The notes beneath the pieces are model-generated. The model searched no databases. It had not been told where the DNA came from and worked only from the letters and a program-made list of their open reading frames with translations. A stretch of DNA of 54,612 nt from positions 1 through 54,612 of the forward strand of contig NZ_CALINL010000010.1 in assembly GCF_938045225.1 (NCBI RefSeq), given 5' to 3'. Source of the stretch: an uncultured Campylobacter sp. GTDB lineage: Bacteria > Campylobacterota > Campylobacteria > Campylobacterales > Campylobacteraceae. Of this stretch, positions 20,774 to 31,797 are shown piece by piece; within the stretch, counting starts at the first letter, position 1, and each line of letters begins with the position of its first letter. A program made the translations under genes and the position numbers.

Positions 20774-22141
20774 TCAAATTTCCCTTGCGTTTTTCGAAAA
20801 CACGTTTAGTACCGAGGCGCGTTTTTTGCAAATTTCTTTATATTCGTATTCCGGCACGCTATCTATCACGATGCCAGCTCCTGCCTGCACGAAAATTTCG
20901 GCGAAATTTCCACCAAGCTCGCCGCACGTTAAATTTGACTCGTTTGCGCCGTCAAGGTGCGGGTTATGCCGGCCAGCATCAAATTTAGCGTCAAATTTAC
21001 GCGCAAATATCGCGCTTCTAATTAAAATCGCCATTTGCGCGTCGCCGTTAAAGTGGAAAAATCCGATGCCGCCGCCGTAGGCGTTGCGCCTATAGGGCTC
21101 AAGCTCGGCGATGATCTCCATGGCGCGGATTTTCGGCGTACCGCTGAGCGTGCCTGCGGGAAAGATACTGCCGACCGCGTCAAATGCGTCTAGATCGTCC
21201 GCCTTCGCGCCGTAGACGTCGCTCACGATGTGCATCACGCTCTCGTAGCGCACTATGCGCATGGCGTTTTTGACCGCGACGCTTTTTGGCTTGCTGACGC
21301 GGCCGATGTCGTTGCGGGCGAGGTCGATGAGCATTTTGTGCTCGGCTAGCTCCTTTTCGTCGCTTAGCAGTTCGCTCTCGAGCGCAGCATCCTCCATCGC
21401 GTCCCTGCCGCGTCCGCGAGTGCCTGCGATAGGTGCGACGTAGATTTTGCCCTCTTTGATCTCGCAGACTAGCTCGGGGCTAGAGCCCGCGACGTCGCCG
21501 TAAGGTGTCGGAAAGTGAAACATATATGGGCTAGGATTTGCCTCGCTCAAGGCTCGGTAAAAATCCAAGCTATCCATGTCCGAGGCTAGTTTTAGCTGTT
21601 CGCTTAGCACGACTTGGAAGACGTCGCCGCTTTTTAGGTACTCTTTGGCGCGCTTTGCGATGTTTAGAAAATGCTCTTTTTCGCCGTCTAAATCGGTTAA
21701 AATTTTATATTTGTTCTGTCTTGTTGCGCGTTGTTCCTTGGCGGCTGCTTCGTCGTCTGCGCTAAATTTAACTAAAAAATCGTAATACCGCTCGCTATCG
21801 CCGTAAAAGCTGTAAATTTTGCTATTTTTATCAAAGTGCAGATAGGCGTGGGCGTTAGCGTAGAAAAAGTCGGGGAAATCGTACTGCGAGGCGTTAAATT
21901 CGGGTATTTTTTCAAAATATTTTATCCCGCCGTAGCCCAGCACTCCAAACAGTCCCGCAAAAGGGGCGTCAAATTTTTGAGCTTTAAAATAGCTCTTAAG
22001 CCCTGCAAAATCGGTCTGTTCGCTACTGATATACTCGCAGTCGATACCGACGATAGTCTGCGTCGTGTCCTCGGCGAGGTAGGAGTTGGCAAATCTCTCG
22101 CGGATCTTTTCGTAATAAAAAACGGGGCTCAAAAGTAACAT
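20774..22141 (-). CDS. trpE: anthranilate synthase component I
   Basis: NPSPYM, PIAGTR, EHKMLIDLARND, FPAGTLSGTPK and QAGAGIV motifs; TATAAT just upstream. Confidence 0.95.
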   Translation of the reverse strand: MLLLSPVFYYEKIRERFANSYLAEDTTQTIVGIDCEYISSEQTDFAGLKSYFKAQKFDAPFAGLFGVLGYGGIKYFEKIPEFNASQYDFPDFFYANAHAYLHFDKNSKIYSFYGDSERYYDFLVKFSADDEAAAKEQRATRQNKYKILTDLDGEKEHFLNIAKRAKEYLKSGDVFQVVLSEQLKLASDMDSLDFYRALSEANPSPYMFHFPTPYGDVAGSSPELVCEIKEGKIYVAPIAGTRGRGRDAMEDAALESELLSDEKELAEHKMLIDLARNDIGRVSKPKSVAVKNAMRIVRYESVMHIVSDVYGAKADDLDAFDAVGSIFPAGTLSGTPKIRAMEIIAELEPYRRNAYGGGIGFFHFNGDAQMAILIRSAIFARKFDAKFDAGRHNPHLDGANESNLTCGELGGNFAEIFVQAGAGIVIDSVPEYEYKEICKKRASVLNVFSKNAREI

Positions 22142-22639
22142 AAAATATCCTTTAATGAGCGTAGATTATATAAAAATTAAGCTTAATTTTCATTTGACGG
22201 TGGCGTCAAAAAGCTCGCGTTCTAGCCTCTGCGCCGTATCTGGCCGTGACGCTTTTTGGCTTTCTGGTACGCAATAGATACAGGCGCGGATGCGAAATCG
22301 ATGAATGTTTTGCGTTTGGATTGTTTTTCTCGCCGAGTAAATCGCTATTAAGTGCAGTATATTTATAGCGTTCTCGCTGTGGACGTAACGCAGATTTTCC
22401 TTCTTTGATCTTGGCAGATCGGCTCGGGACTATAGGGCCCGCTACGTAGCCGTAGTGGGCCGAAAATAGGGGCGCATTCGGGTCTTGTAACCAAACTAGA
22501 GCGTTTGTTGGTAGCAGTCGAGACTATTCACATGCGATTTTTAGATAATTTTGTCATCAATAAATCAGCTAAAATTTTTTGCGCATTGTTCACGATACGC
22601 GCCTTGCGAAAACAGACTATCAAGATAGCTAGAAAAGAT

Positions 22640-23080
22640 TTACTTTGTCATATCGTTTAGTAGATTTGCTTGCGCTGCGCTTAGTTTGCTCACCGCTTCG
22701 CACTCCTGCGCACCGTATCTAGTAGCGATATCTTTTACGTCCTCGTACGCGATCACGGTTTTGTCGCCATCTTTGTAAAACAAAAATTTAAGCGGCATCT
22801 CAAGCGCAATCTTGGGCTCACACTGCATCAAAAGCGTGCCGACTTTTGGCGAGCCTACTATCACCACCGTTGTATCGGCCATCTTAAGCCCCACTTTATC
22901 CGCTAGTTTTGAGTGTTCAATCACGTCAAATACCGTTATATTGCGAGACGCTACGACTTTTTCAAATTTTTTTACCGCTTCGTCCACGCTAAGATCGCTT
23001 TGTGCGGTGGTCAGGTGGGACGCGTTTAGTGCGCCAGCCAGTGCGGTAGCAGCCGCGAATGTAACTATAGATTTCTTCAT
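22640..23080 (-). CDS. exported DUF302 family protein
   Basis: Signal peptide; GSPKVGTLLMQ...IALEMPLK fits the DUF302 pattern. Confidence 0.85.
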   Translation of the reverse strand: MKKSIVTFAAATALAGALNASHLTTAQSDLSVDEAVKKFEKVVASRNITVFDVIEHSKLADKVGLKMADTTVVIVGSPKVGTLLMQCEPKIALEMPLKFLFYKDGDKTVIAYEDVKDIATRYGAQECEAVSKLSAAQANLLNDMTK

Positions 23081-23150
23081 ATTTTATCCTTTAAAAAACG
23101 ATAATTATAAATTAAAACAGTAAATGTTAAAGTCATGGCAAGGAAATAAA

Positions 23151-23426
23151 ATGCAAGAAATGATCTCTTTTTTGAGTTTACGATACATTCTTATCGGTGT
23201 GGCCGTAGGTTTTATCAGTGGATTTTTCGGTATCGGCGTCGGCATCGTCGTAGTGCCTACGGCGATGTTTTTTGGCTACGATATCAAATATGTTATCGGC
23301 GTTAGTATCATTCAGATGATCTTTAGTTTGATATTTGGTTCGTTCGTAAATTTTAAAAACAAAATTCTAGATGTCGCGCCTGCGCTGGGGATTTTTGCCT
23401 GCGGCGCGCTTAGTAGCGGCTTCTAG
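23151..23426 (+). pseudogene. truncated TSUP (TauE/SafE) transporter
   Basis: GFISGFFGIGVG...GYDIKYVIGVS parallels the N-terminal third of the next gene and then stops; AGGA RBS before ATG 23151. Confidence 0.75.
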
Positions 23427-23584
23427 CTCTAGCTCGCTTTGACCTGCCGTGACGCCGGCAAAGGCCAAATTTAACCCCGCAAAAATCATCAAAAACAATC
23501 TTTTCAATAACTTCCCTTTTTTAAATTTTAAAATTAATTTTACCCAAAAACGGCTAAAATCGGATTTTACTTTAAGGCGAGATT

Positions 23585-24337
23585 ATGGAAATTTTATCGG
23601 TTGCGTCGATCGGATACGTATGTTTGGGGCTATTTGTCGGCTTTTTGTCTGGATTTTTGGGCATCGGTGGCGGCGCGGCAGCCGTGCCGATACTCGTATT
23701 TTTGGGCTTTGACGTCAAATACGCAATCGGCGTAAGCGTCCTTCAGATGGTATTTAGCTCGGTTTACGGCTCGCTTTTAAATCTCAAAAACAAGACCGTC
23801 GATCTAAAGCCCGCCCTGGTGCTCGGCATCGGCGGCTTTTGCGGGGCGAGCGCGAGCGGCTTTATCGTAGCGAGCGTTCCGTCGAAATTTTTGCTGCTTA
23901 CGCTTATCTGCATTCAAACTTTTAACGTTATTAAGCTGTTTTTTAAAAATCCTGAGCCAAAAGGCGCGCAAAATCCCTCTCTCGTTCCGCTTTTTTTCGT
24001 CGGGCTTTTCGTCGGCGCGGTGGCTATCAGCGTGGGTATCGGCGGTTCGGTCATCATAATGCCTGTCTTGATAAATTTTCTTAATTACGATATAAAAAAG
24101 GCTGTCAGCACTGGACTATTTTTCGTGATATTTTCGTCGATTTCTGGTTTTATTAGCCTCGCCTCGCAAGGACTCGTGCAGTACGAAGTGGGCGTTTTGG
24201 TCGGTATCGGCTCGCTTATAAGCGTGAGATTTGGCGTAGCTTTAGCGCAAAAGATCGACCGCACCGTCCAAAAAAGATGCCTGCTTGCGCTTATCTCCAC
24301 GACGCTAATTATAATGATAAATAAGCTTTTTGCTTAA
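23585..24337 (+). CDS. sulfite exporter TauE/SafE (TSUP) family protein
   Basis: GFLGIGGG and VGIGGS repeats; about 8 TM segments; 250 aa. Confidence 0.9.
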   Translation: MEILSVASIGYVCLGLFVGFLSGFLGIGGGAAAVPILVFLGFDVKYAIGVSVLQMVFSSVYGSLLNLKNKTVDLKPALVLGIGGFCGASASGFIVASVPSKFLLLTLICIQTFNVIKLFFKNPEPKGAQNPSLVPLFFVGLFVGAVAISVGIGGSVIIMPVLINFLNYDIKKAVSTGLFFVIFSSISGFISLASQGLVQYEVGVLVGIGSLISVRFGVALAQKIDRTVQKRCLLALISTTLIIMINKLFA

Positions 24338-24390
24338 ATTTGAGTTTATGGATTTAAAACAATACGATTAAATTTGCGAGAAATAAGGGA

Positions 24391-24410
24391 GCGGGGCAAA
24401 TTTACCCCGC
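24391..24410. terminator. hairpin between convergent genes
   Basis: GCGGGG-CAAATTTA-CCCCGC. Confidence 0.5.
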
Positions 24411-24426
24411 CCGTCTTCAAGTAAAA

Positions 24427-26010
24427 TCAGAAATTTTCTAAAAATCCGCCGTCGATTAGCTTTAACTCAAGGTCTTTTACGTAGTTTTCGGCTGCTTTTT
24501 GGTATTCGTTTTTGCTGACGGTTTTTATTGCTTCGCCGTTTTTGAGGGCAAACTCCAGTTTACGATCTTGTGCGAATTTTGCCGTTTGCTTTACGATATT
24601 TTCGGGCGAGTTTTCGCCGTTAAATTTAAGAGCGATAAAGGCATCAAACTGAGAAAAATTTGCCGGTACGTTTAGTTCGTCAGCGATTTTGATCACCGGT
24701 TCATCTGCGGCACTAAAATACTCAAAATATCCGCGTACCCGCTCTTTTAGGCGGCTTTTACCTACTTCGTAAACGACTTTTGGTCGCTCGTAGGTCGTTA
24801 GCTTAGCGCAGTCTGCGGCTAAAATCTCCATAAAGCCAAAATACGCCGATTTTACCGCATTTTCGTCGTCTTTTAAAAGCGCTGCGACGTCGGCAAAATT
24901 TACGCTTGCCGGATAAACGTCGTTAAAGACTTGATAAAGCCAGTCGTACTCAGGCTTCATCGCGATATTTTTGATGTTTAGGTAGCCGTTTTTCGTTTTG
25001 CTAAAGTCTGCCGATATATGCAGCTTGCAAAGTTCGTCCACGCCGATATTTACGCTAAAATCGTTTGGAACGAGCTCTTTGTGCACTATCATACTGCGTC
25101 TGAAAATATTATTGGTTAAAAAATCAAGCATCTGCTCTTTTTCGATACGCGAGCTAAAATTTGCGTCTATATACGAGTCAAACTCTTCCAGCCCCAAATT
25201 TGACTGAAAAACATCCTCGAGTCCGACTTCGGCAAGATATGCTAGGTCATTTTTCTCTAGACTATTTGCAAAATCTTTAAAATAAATCGGATTATTAAAA
25301 GCTTCCAAATACTCGTGAGCTATGTATGAGTCGTTCATCGTTAGAATATAATCAATATGAAATTTTAGACTTTCGAAATTTACAAAAATTTGACTCGCAT
25401 TGCCGTCTTTTTGGCAAAATTTGGCGTATTCTCCCAGCACCTTTAAAAGCTCTCTAGCCTTAGCTACCTTTGCGGTTTCTCCCTTTATGTCCTTGGTGCC
25501 AAACATTAAAAAATCTCTGATCGTATCCTTGATCTTCCAGCCCGGGTAGACGTTGTAGCTCACGTAAGCGACGCCGTTAGGACTCAAAAATCGCTTGATG
25601 GTTTTTAGGATCGCGTCCTTTACGATGCCCGGCACCCAACTATAAACGCCGTGGCAGATGATGTAGTCAAATTTGCCGTAATCTCTCACATCCGCATCCG
25701 TAAAATCGCAGATATCTTTTGCTTTAAATTCGATATTATCCACGCGCATTTGTGCGGCTAGCTCTTTGGCTTTATTTATCTGCACTTCACTTAGATCTAT
25801 GCCTAGCACCTTTGCTCGCGGATTTGCGATGGCAAAAGGAAATAAATTTCCGCCGTAGCTGCAGCCGATTTCAAGCACTCTAGCCGTTTTGGACGGTGGC
25901 GGAGTTAGCGATAAAAACGAAGCCAAAGCCTCAAGTCGCGCAGGCGAAGTTTCGGGGAAAGCGGCCGAGATATATGGAAGCTCGTCTTAGGATTTTTGGA
26001 TGTCGTTCAT
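24427..26010 (-). pseudogene. class I SAM methyltransferase with methyltransferase regulatory domain; nonsense at codon 8
   Basis: ATG 26010 reads MNDIQKS*DELPYISAAFPETSPARLEALASF..., with TAA (25987-25989) where the family has YDELPY. VLEIGCSYG, FDYIICHGVYSWV and SYNVYPGW motifs follow. Confidence 0.82.
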
Positions 26011-26071
26011 TTTAAGGCCTTAGGTTAAAATATTTTTTACGATGATACAGCAACGCCTATTAAATAAGGGT

Positions 26072-26101
26072 AAATTCGGGCGGTCACAACAGCCCGAATT
26101 T
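26072..26101 (-). terminator. terminator after the DASS gene
   Basis: AAATTCGGGC/GCCCGAATTT stem. Confidence 0.65.
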
Positions 26102-26103
26102 GA

Positions 26104-27762
26104 TTAAAATTTAAGCCCGAAAACAGCCGAAGCGATAAAGACGACAGTTGCCGTGATAAGAAAAATGCCGATGATATTTAGCCAGATTCCAGCCTTTATC
26201 ATCGAGCTGATTTTTACGTAACCAGAGCCGTATGCGATGGCGTTTGGCGGCGTGGCGACGGGCAGCATAAATGCAAACGTAGCTGCCATAGCGACCGGGA
26301 TCGTAAATAGCATCACGTTTGCGCCGGTATAGCCAAGCCCCGCGCTAACACCTGCGATAACGGGCAAAAAGGCCGCTGCGGTGGCGGTGTTTGACGTGAT
26401 CTCGGTGAGGAAAATAACGAGCGTTACGACGGCCATGATGATCGCCGCGATAGGCAGCGCGCCGAGTGCTGAGACCTGATGTCCGATCCAAAGTGACAGT
26501 CCGCTGCTGCTAAACTGCGCCGATAGCGACAGTCCTCCGCCAAAGAGTATGAGGATATCCCAAGGTAGCTTTTTAGCGCTATCCCAGTCGATGAGACGCT
26601 CGCCGCTTTTGTTTGCGGGTACGATAAATAGCAAAATCGCCGCACTCATTGCGATTATCGCGTCTAAGCTGGCGATTTTTACGTCAAAGGACTTTAGGAT
26701 AAAACCTAGCGATATCCAGCACGCAGCCGCCGCTACAAATATGACTCCGACAAGCTTTTCGGGCGTGGTTATGGGGCCTAGTTTATCTAGCTCGTCTTGG
26801 ATCACTTTTTTGCCGTTTGGTATCTCGCCGATTTCTGATTTAAAGAGTACGTAGGTGAGCAAAAACCAGCACGCTGCAAGCATAACGACGCTAAGCGGCA
26901 CGCCCACTAGCATCCACTCAAAAAAACCGATCTCGATGCCAAATTCGTTTTTCATGTATGCGACTAGAAGGGCGTTTGGCGGAGTGCCGATGATGGTGCC
27001 AACCGAGCCGATAGAAGCGGCGTAGGCGATGCCTAGCATCAGCGAGGTGCCAAATTTGAGCTAAAGGTGCTCGTTTTTTCTTTTATCTCCTTTGCGATGT
27101 CGCGGCCTTTGTGGAATACCGTATTCATAAAGCCGCCTTGCACGCCTTTGCGTGAAATTTCGTCCAAATTTGCCACGTCCTCGATCGCCGTAAACGTCCA
27201 TTTCTGTGTCGTTAGGCGTCCGACCAAATGCAGTACGCTAAGACCCACAGGTAGCATCATTATGGCAGTTGCGGTATTGCTCACCCACATGGATAAAAAC
27301 CCTGTCGCCACCATAAATCCAGCCACCAGCCGTCTCGGGCTCGTGCCAACTAAAAGCACGATGCCAAGGGCGATTCTAGTGTGCAGATTCCACCTTTGCA
27401 TAGCAAGGGCTAGCACAAAGCCGCCCATAAAAAGATAGATAGTGTCCGAAGCATACGGCGCGGCGACTACCTTAAACGCATCGACGCCAAGCACCGGGAA
27501 GGCAACCATCGGCACCAGGGCGGTTGCGGGCAGGGCGATTGGCCTCGGTCATCCACCACGCCGCCATCAGTGCGGCTACTGCGGCAACGACGGGCATAGC
27601 TCCTACATGCAGCTTTTTGCCCTTGGCCGCAGCTAGAGCGATGTCTCCTGCGTTTGCGGGGAAGATTTTATAAACCCAAATCGCTAGCAAAACGCCTAGC
27701 ACCAGCCCGATGAGCTCGACACGGTTTGTTCTTCTGTCTATAGGAATGTTTGGATTTGCCAT
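26104..27762 (-). pseudogene. DASS/SLC13 di-/tricarboxylate:Na+ symporter with two frameshifts
   Basis: Three fragments rejoin as WWMTEA|IALPATALVPM (one extra base near 27539) and SSN|FGTSLMLGIA (one base missing near 27053). SNTAT and GTPPN motifs present. Confidence 0.88.
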
Positions 27763-27937
27763 GATAACTCCTATGCTTGGGATAATTTATAATACATCCA
27801 AAAAGCTTATAGCTTAAAAAATTCTTTTGCTTTAAAATTGATTTTTTACTAAAGTGTTGATAAAAGTAACAACGATTTTAGTTAAAGCGATTTTGGGTAT
27901 AATTACGGGTTAAAAATTTAAAATCACGGAAGCGAAA

Positions 27938-30793
27938 ATGAACGCAAACGACACCATAAAAATCACGGGCGCGCGCGAGCACAACCTGAAAAATTTAAAT
28001 TTAGAAATCCCAAAAAACAAGCTCGTAGTTTTCACCGGACTTAGCGGCAGCGGCAAGAGCACGCTAGCGTTTGACACGCTTTATGCCGAGGGACAGCGCA
28101 GATATATGGAGAGCCTTAGCAGCTACGCTAGGCAGTTTCTAGACCGCGTAGGCAAGCCCGACGTAGATAAGATCGAAGGCCTCACGCCAGCCATCGCGAT
28201 AGATCAAAAAACTACGTCCAAAAACCCGCGCTCGACCGTGGGTACGATAACGGAAATTTACGACTATCTGCGCCTTCTATACGCTCGCATCGGCATCCAG
28301 CACTGCCACAAATGCGGCAAACCGATCTCTAAAATGTCGGCTAGCGATATCATAAACGAGATCCAAAAGCTCCCCGAGGGCGCCAAAGTCGTCATCTACG
28401 CTCCGCTCGTGCGCGAGAAAAAGGGCACATGGGCGGATCTGATCGAAAATTTACGCGGCAAAGGCTACGTGCGAGCCCAGATAGACGGCGTGCAGGTGAG
28501 ATTAGACGAGGAGATCGAGCTAGCCAAAACCAAAAAACACACGATAAAGCTCATAGTAGACCGCATCGTGATAGACGCGGATAATGCGCAGCGCCTAGCC
28601 CAAGACGTAGAAAAAGCGCTGGGTGAAAGCTACGGCGAGGTCGAGATCGAGATCGCAAATGCGCAGGAACTCGGTCTAAAAGAGAGTTTCATCCACTACA
28701 GCGAGCACTCGGCGTGCTTTGATTGTAAAATTTCATTTACGCCGCTCGAGCCGCTTAGCTTTAGCTTTAACTCTCCAAAAGGCGCGTGCGAGAGGTGTGA
28801 TGGTCTTGGCATCAGATATAGCCTGGATCTCACCAAAGTGATCGACGAAGAAAAAAGCATCGAAGGCGGTGCGATAAAGCTTCTTTACGGCTACAACATG
28901 AGTTATTATTATAAATTTTTGCTAGCTTTTTGCGAGCAAAACGGTATCGACGTCAAGCGCCCGTACTGCGAGCTTAGCGAGGACGAGAAGCGCCTCGTAC
29001 TCTACGGCAACGTAAAAGAGGTCGAGTTTTTCTGGAAGAAAAACAAGCTACTGCGCAAATTTGAGGGCGCGCTAAAGATCACGCACGGACTGCTAAAGGA
29101 CTACAAGGACTTTGACGAATACATGAGCGAAAAGGTCTGCGACGACTGCGGCGGACACAGGCTAAAGCCTCAAAGCCTAGCCGTCAAGGTCGCAGGGCGC
29201 GGTATCGGCGAAATTTTAGATATGAGTATCGAAAATTGCACCGCGTTTTTCTCGGACGAGTCAAATTTCAGCTACCTTAGCGAATACGATAAAACGATCG
29301 CAAAGCCGATATTTAAGGAGATAAACGAGAGGCTGTTTTTCCTCTACGACGTGGGGCTTGGCTACCTATCGCTCGGACGCGACGCGCGCACGATCAGCGG
29401 CGGCGAAGCGCAAAGGATTCGCATAGCAAGCCAGATCGGATCGGGCCTTAGCGGCGTGATGTACGTGCTAGATGAGCCTAGCATCGGTCTGCACGAGCGA
29501 GATACGCTAAAGCTCATAAAAACCCTGCGAAATTTGCAAGCCAAAGGCAACTCGGTTATCGTCGTCGAGCACGATAAAAAGACGATCGAGGAGGCCGACT
29601 ACATCGTGGATATCGGGCCTGGAGCGGGGAAATTTGGCGGGCAGATAGTCTTTGCCGGCGACGTGAAAAGCCTGCTTGGCTCAAGTACGCAAACCGCGCT
29701 TTACATAAACGGCGAAAAGGAAATCGACTACCGAAAAGACCGAAAAATCGACACGTGGCTTGAAATCTCAAACGTAAATATCAACAACATATCAAATTTA
29801 AGCGCGCGCTTTCCGCTACGAAATTTAGTCGGTATCACGGGAGTTTCGGGCTCGGGCAAAAGCTCGCTCGTGTTGCAAACCCTGCTGCCTGAAGCCCAGG
29901 AACAGCTAAACCGAGCTAAAAAAGTAAAAAAGGTCGCGGGAGTAAATTTGAGCGGACTAGAAAATCTAGACAAAGTGATCTACCTCGATCAAAGCCCGAT
30001 CGGACGCACTCCGCGCAGTAATCCAGCCACCTACACGGGCGTGATGGACGAGATCAGAGGGCTTTTTGCGCAGACTAAAGAAGCCAAACTGCGAGGTTAC
30101 AAGATCGGCAGGTTTAGCTTTAACGTCAAGGGCGGACGCTGCGAAAAGTGCCAAGGCGAGGGCGAGATCACGATCGAGATGCACTTTTTGCCAGACGTAA
30201 ACGTCGTCTGCGACTCGTGCGGCGGCACCCGCTACAACGCGCAGACGCTAGAAATCCTCTACAAAGGCAAAAGCATCGCCGACGTGCTAAATATGAGCAT
30301 CGACGAGGCGGTGGAGTTTTTTAAATCCGTGCCCAAAATCGCTAGCAAACTAACGACGCTGCAAGACGTGGGACTAGGCTACATCACGCTGGGGCAAAAC
30401 GCCGTGACGCTAAGCGGCGGCGAGGCGCAGCGCGTAAAGCTCGCAAAGGAGCTCAGCCGCTCGGACACGGGAAATACGCTCTATATCCTCGACGAGCCGA
30501 CCACGGGGCTGCATTTTGCCGACGTCGATAGGCTCGTGCGCGTGCTGCACCACCTGGTCGATCTTGGCAACTCGGTCTTTGTAATCGAGCATAACCTAGA
30601 CGTCATCAAAAACTGCGACTACATCGTCGATATGGGGCCTGAGGGCGGCGCAAAGGGCGGTAAAATCATCGCCGAGGGTAGCGTAAAAGAGGTCGCTAAA
30701 AATCACGCAAAAACGGGCAGTTATACGGGTAAATTTTTGGCTGAGGAGCTGAAAAATATGAAAAACGCGGCAAAAAAGGCGAAGAAAAAATAA
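27938..30793 (+). CDS. uvrA: excinuclease ABC subunit A
   Basis: GAREHNLKN, two ABC cassettes ([23 protein letters not shown]) and zinc fingers; TATAAT at 27898-27903. Confidence 0.99.
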   Translation: MNANDTIKITGAREHNLKNLNLEIPKNKLVVFTGLSGSGKSTLAFDTLYAEGQRRYMESLSSYARQFLDRVGKPDVDKIEGLTPAIAIDQKTTSKNPRSTVGTITEIYDYLRLLYARIGIQHCHKCGKPISKMSASDIINEIQKLPEGAKVVIYAPLVREKKGTWADLIENLRGKGYVRAQIDGVQVRLDEEIELAKTKKHTIKLIVDRIVIDADNAQRLAQDVEKALGESYGEVEIEIANAQELGLKESFIHYSEHSACFDCKISFTPLEPLSFSFNSPKGACERCDGLGIRYSLDLTKVIDEEKSIEGGAIKLLYGYNMSYYYKFLLAFCEQNGIDVKRPYCELSEDEKRLVLYGNVKEVEFFWKKNKLLRKFEGALKITHGLLKDYKDFDEYMSEKVCDDCGGHRLKPQSLAVKVAGRGIGEILDMSIENCTAFFSDESNFSYLSEYDKTIAKPIFKEINERLFFLYDVGLGYLSLGRDARTISGGEAQRIRIASQIGSGLSGVMYVLDEPSIGLHERDTLKLIKTLRNLQAKGNSVIVVEHDKKTIEEADYIVDIGPGAGKFGGQIVFAGDVKSLLGSSTQTALYINGEKEIDYRKDRKIDTWLEISNVNINNISNLSARFPLRNLVGITGVSGSGKSSLVLQTLLPEAQEQLNRAKKVKKVAGVNLSGLENLDKVIYLDQSPIGRTPRSNPATYTGVMDEIRGLFAQTKEAKLRGYKIGRFSFNVKGGRCEKCQGEGEITIEMHFLPDVNVVCDSCGGTRYNAQTLEILYKGKSIADVLNMSIDEAVEFFKSVPKIASKLTTLQDVGLGYITLGQNAVTLSGGEAQRVKLAKELSRSDTGNTLYILDEPTTGLHFADVDRLVRVLHHLVDLGNSVFVIEHNLDVIKNCDYIVDMGPEGGAKGGKIIAEGSVKEVAKNHAKTGSYTGKFLAEELKNMKNAAKKAKKK

Positions 30794-30908
30794 GCGACGT
30801 TATGAGATTTGCGGTAGGCAAATTTGCGGTATAAATTTGACGATTTGCGGGCTTAACCGCGCTAAATTTGGCTAACAAAAACTGCGGTAAATTTAACGAA
30901 AGGCAACA

Positions 30909-31349
30909 ATGAGGCTTTGGACGATAAGCTTTAAATATCTCGATGCAAAGGGGCTAGTCGCACTTTGGCGCGAGGCGCTGCTAGCTAAAAACGTGCTAGC
31001 TGGGCTAACTAGAGGCTATAAAAATCACCCGCAGCTTGACCGCTTTTATGCGCATGAAAATGCGTGTGAAGCGATAAATGCGTATCTGGCGGAGGTTTAT
31101 GCGCAGGCCTGTGCTCGCGGCTATAAATTTGACGCGGCAAAAGTGGGTGAATTTAACGAGCGAAATTTAGCCAAAATAGCCGTCTCTCGCGGGCAGATAG
31201 AGTACGAATTTGCATTTTTGCAAGAGAAGCTAAAATCGCGCGACGTCAAGGCTTATGAGCGAAATTTAAGCGTAAAAAATATAGAAATCGCGAGTATCTT
31301 TAAAGAGGTCGAGGGCGGGATAGAGTTGTGGGAAAAGGTGAAAATTTAG
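30909..31349 (+). CDS. pyrimidine dimer DNA glycosylase / endonuclease V family protein
   Basis: MRLW...YLDAKGLVALWREALLA...GYKNHPQLDRF family signature. Confidence 0.85.
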   Translation: MRLWTISFKYLDAKGLVALWREALLAKNVLAGLTRGYKNHPQLDRFYAHENACEAINAYLAEVYAQACARGYKFDAAKVGEFNERNLAKIAVSRGQIEYEFAFLQEKLKSRDVKAYERNLSVKNIEIASIFKEVEGGIELWEKVKI

Positions 31350-31797
31350 TGCCGTTTCGTGCGTAAATTTTGGCTTGCTTACGCAAATTTGATTAAAACG
31401 CCAAAATACATTACGCTGATTTTGCCAAGATTTGCGGCAAATTTTGAGCGTCAAATTTAGATATTTAAAACGCCGTAAAATATCGCAAATTTGGTACTAG
31501 ACCGATACGTTGCTTTGAGCGATTAAATTTGATTTTGCGTTTCGGCGACGTATGGACGGTAAGATAAAAATCTCGCATGAATAGCGCTGCGACAAAATAT
31601 AAAATTTACGAGCTAGCGCGGGCGTTTGTTAAATTTATCGTTTTAAATTTGACGGCAAATTTAAAGGACGAAATGGTCAAATTTAAAAAGGCGAACCTGA
31701 CGTAAAATCCCCGTCAAATTCGCCTTTGTTTTTCAGAAATCAAACTCCGCCGAGCCGCAAAATTCGCAATCAAATTTGACAAATCGGCGAGTTAAAT

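Noticed and set aside
22142..22200. trp attenuator or leader peptide
   Set aside because: TATAAT lies about 25 nt from the trpE start, leaving no room, and no Trp-codon leader was found.
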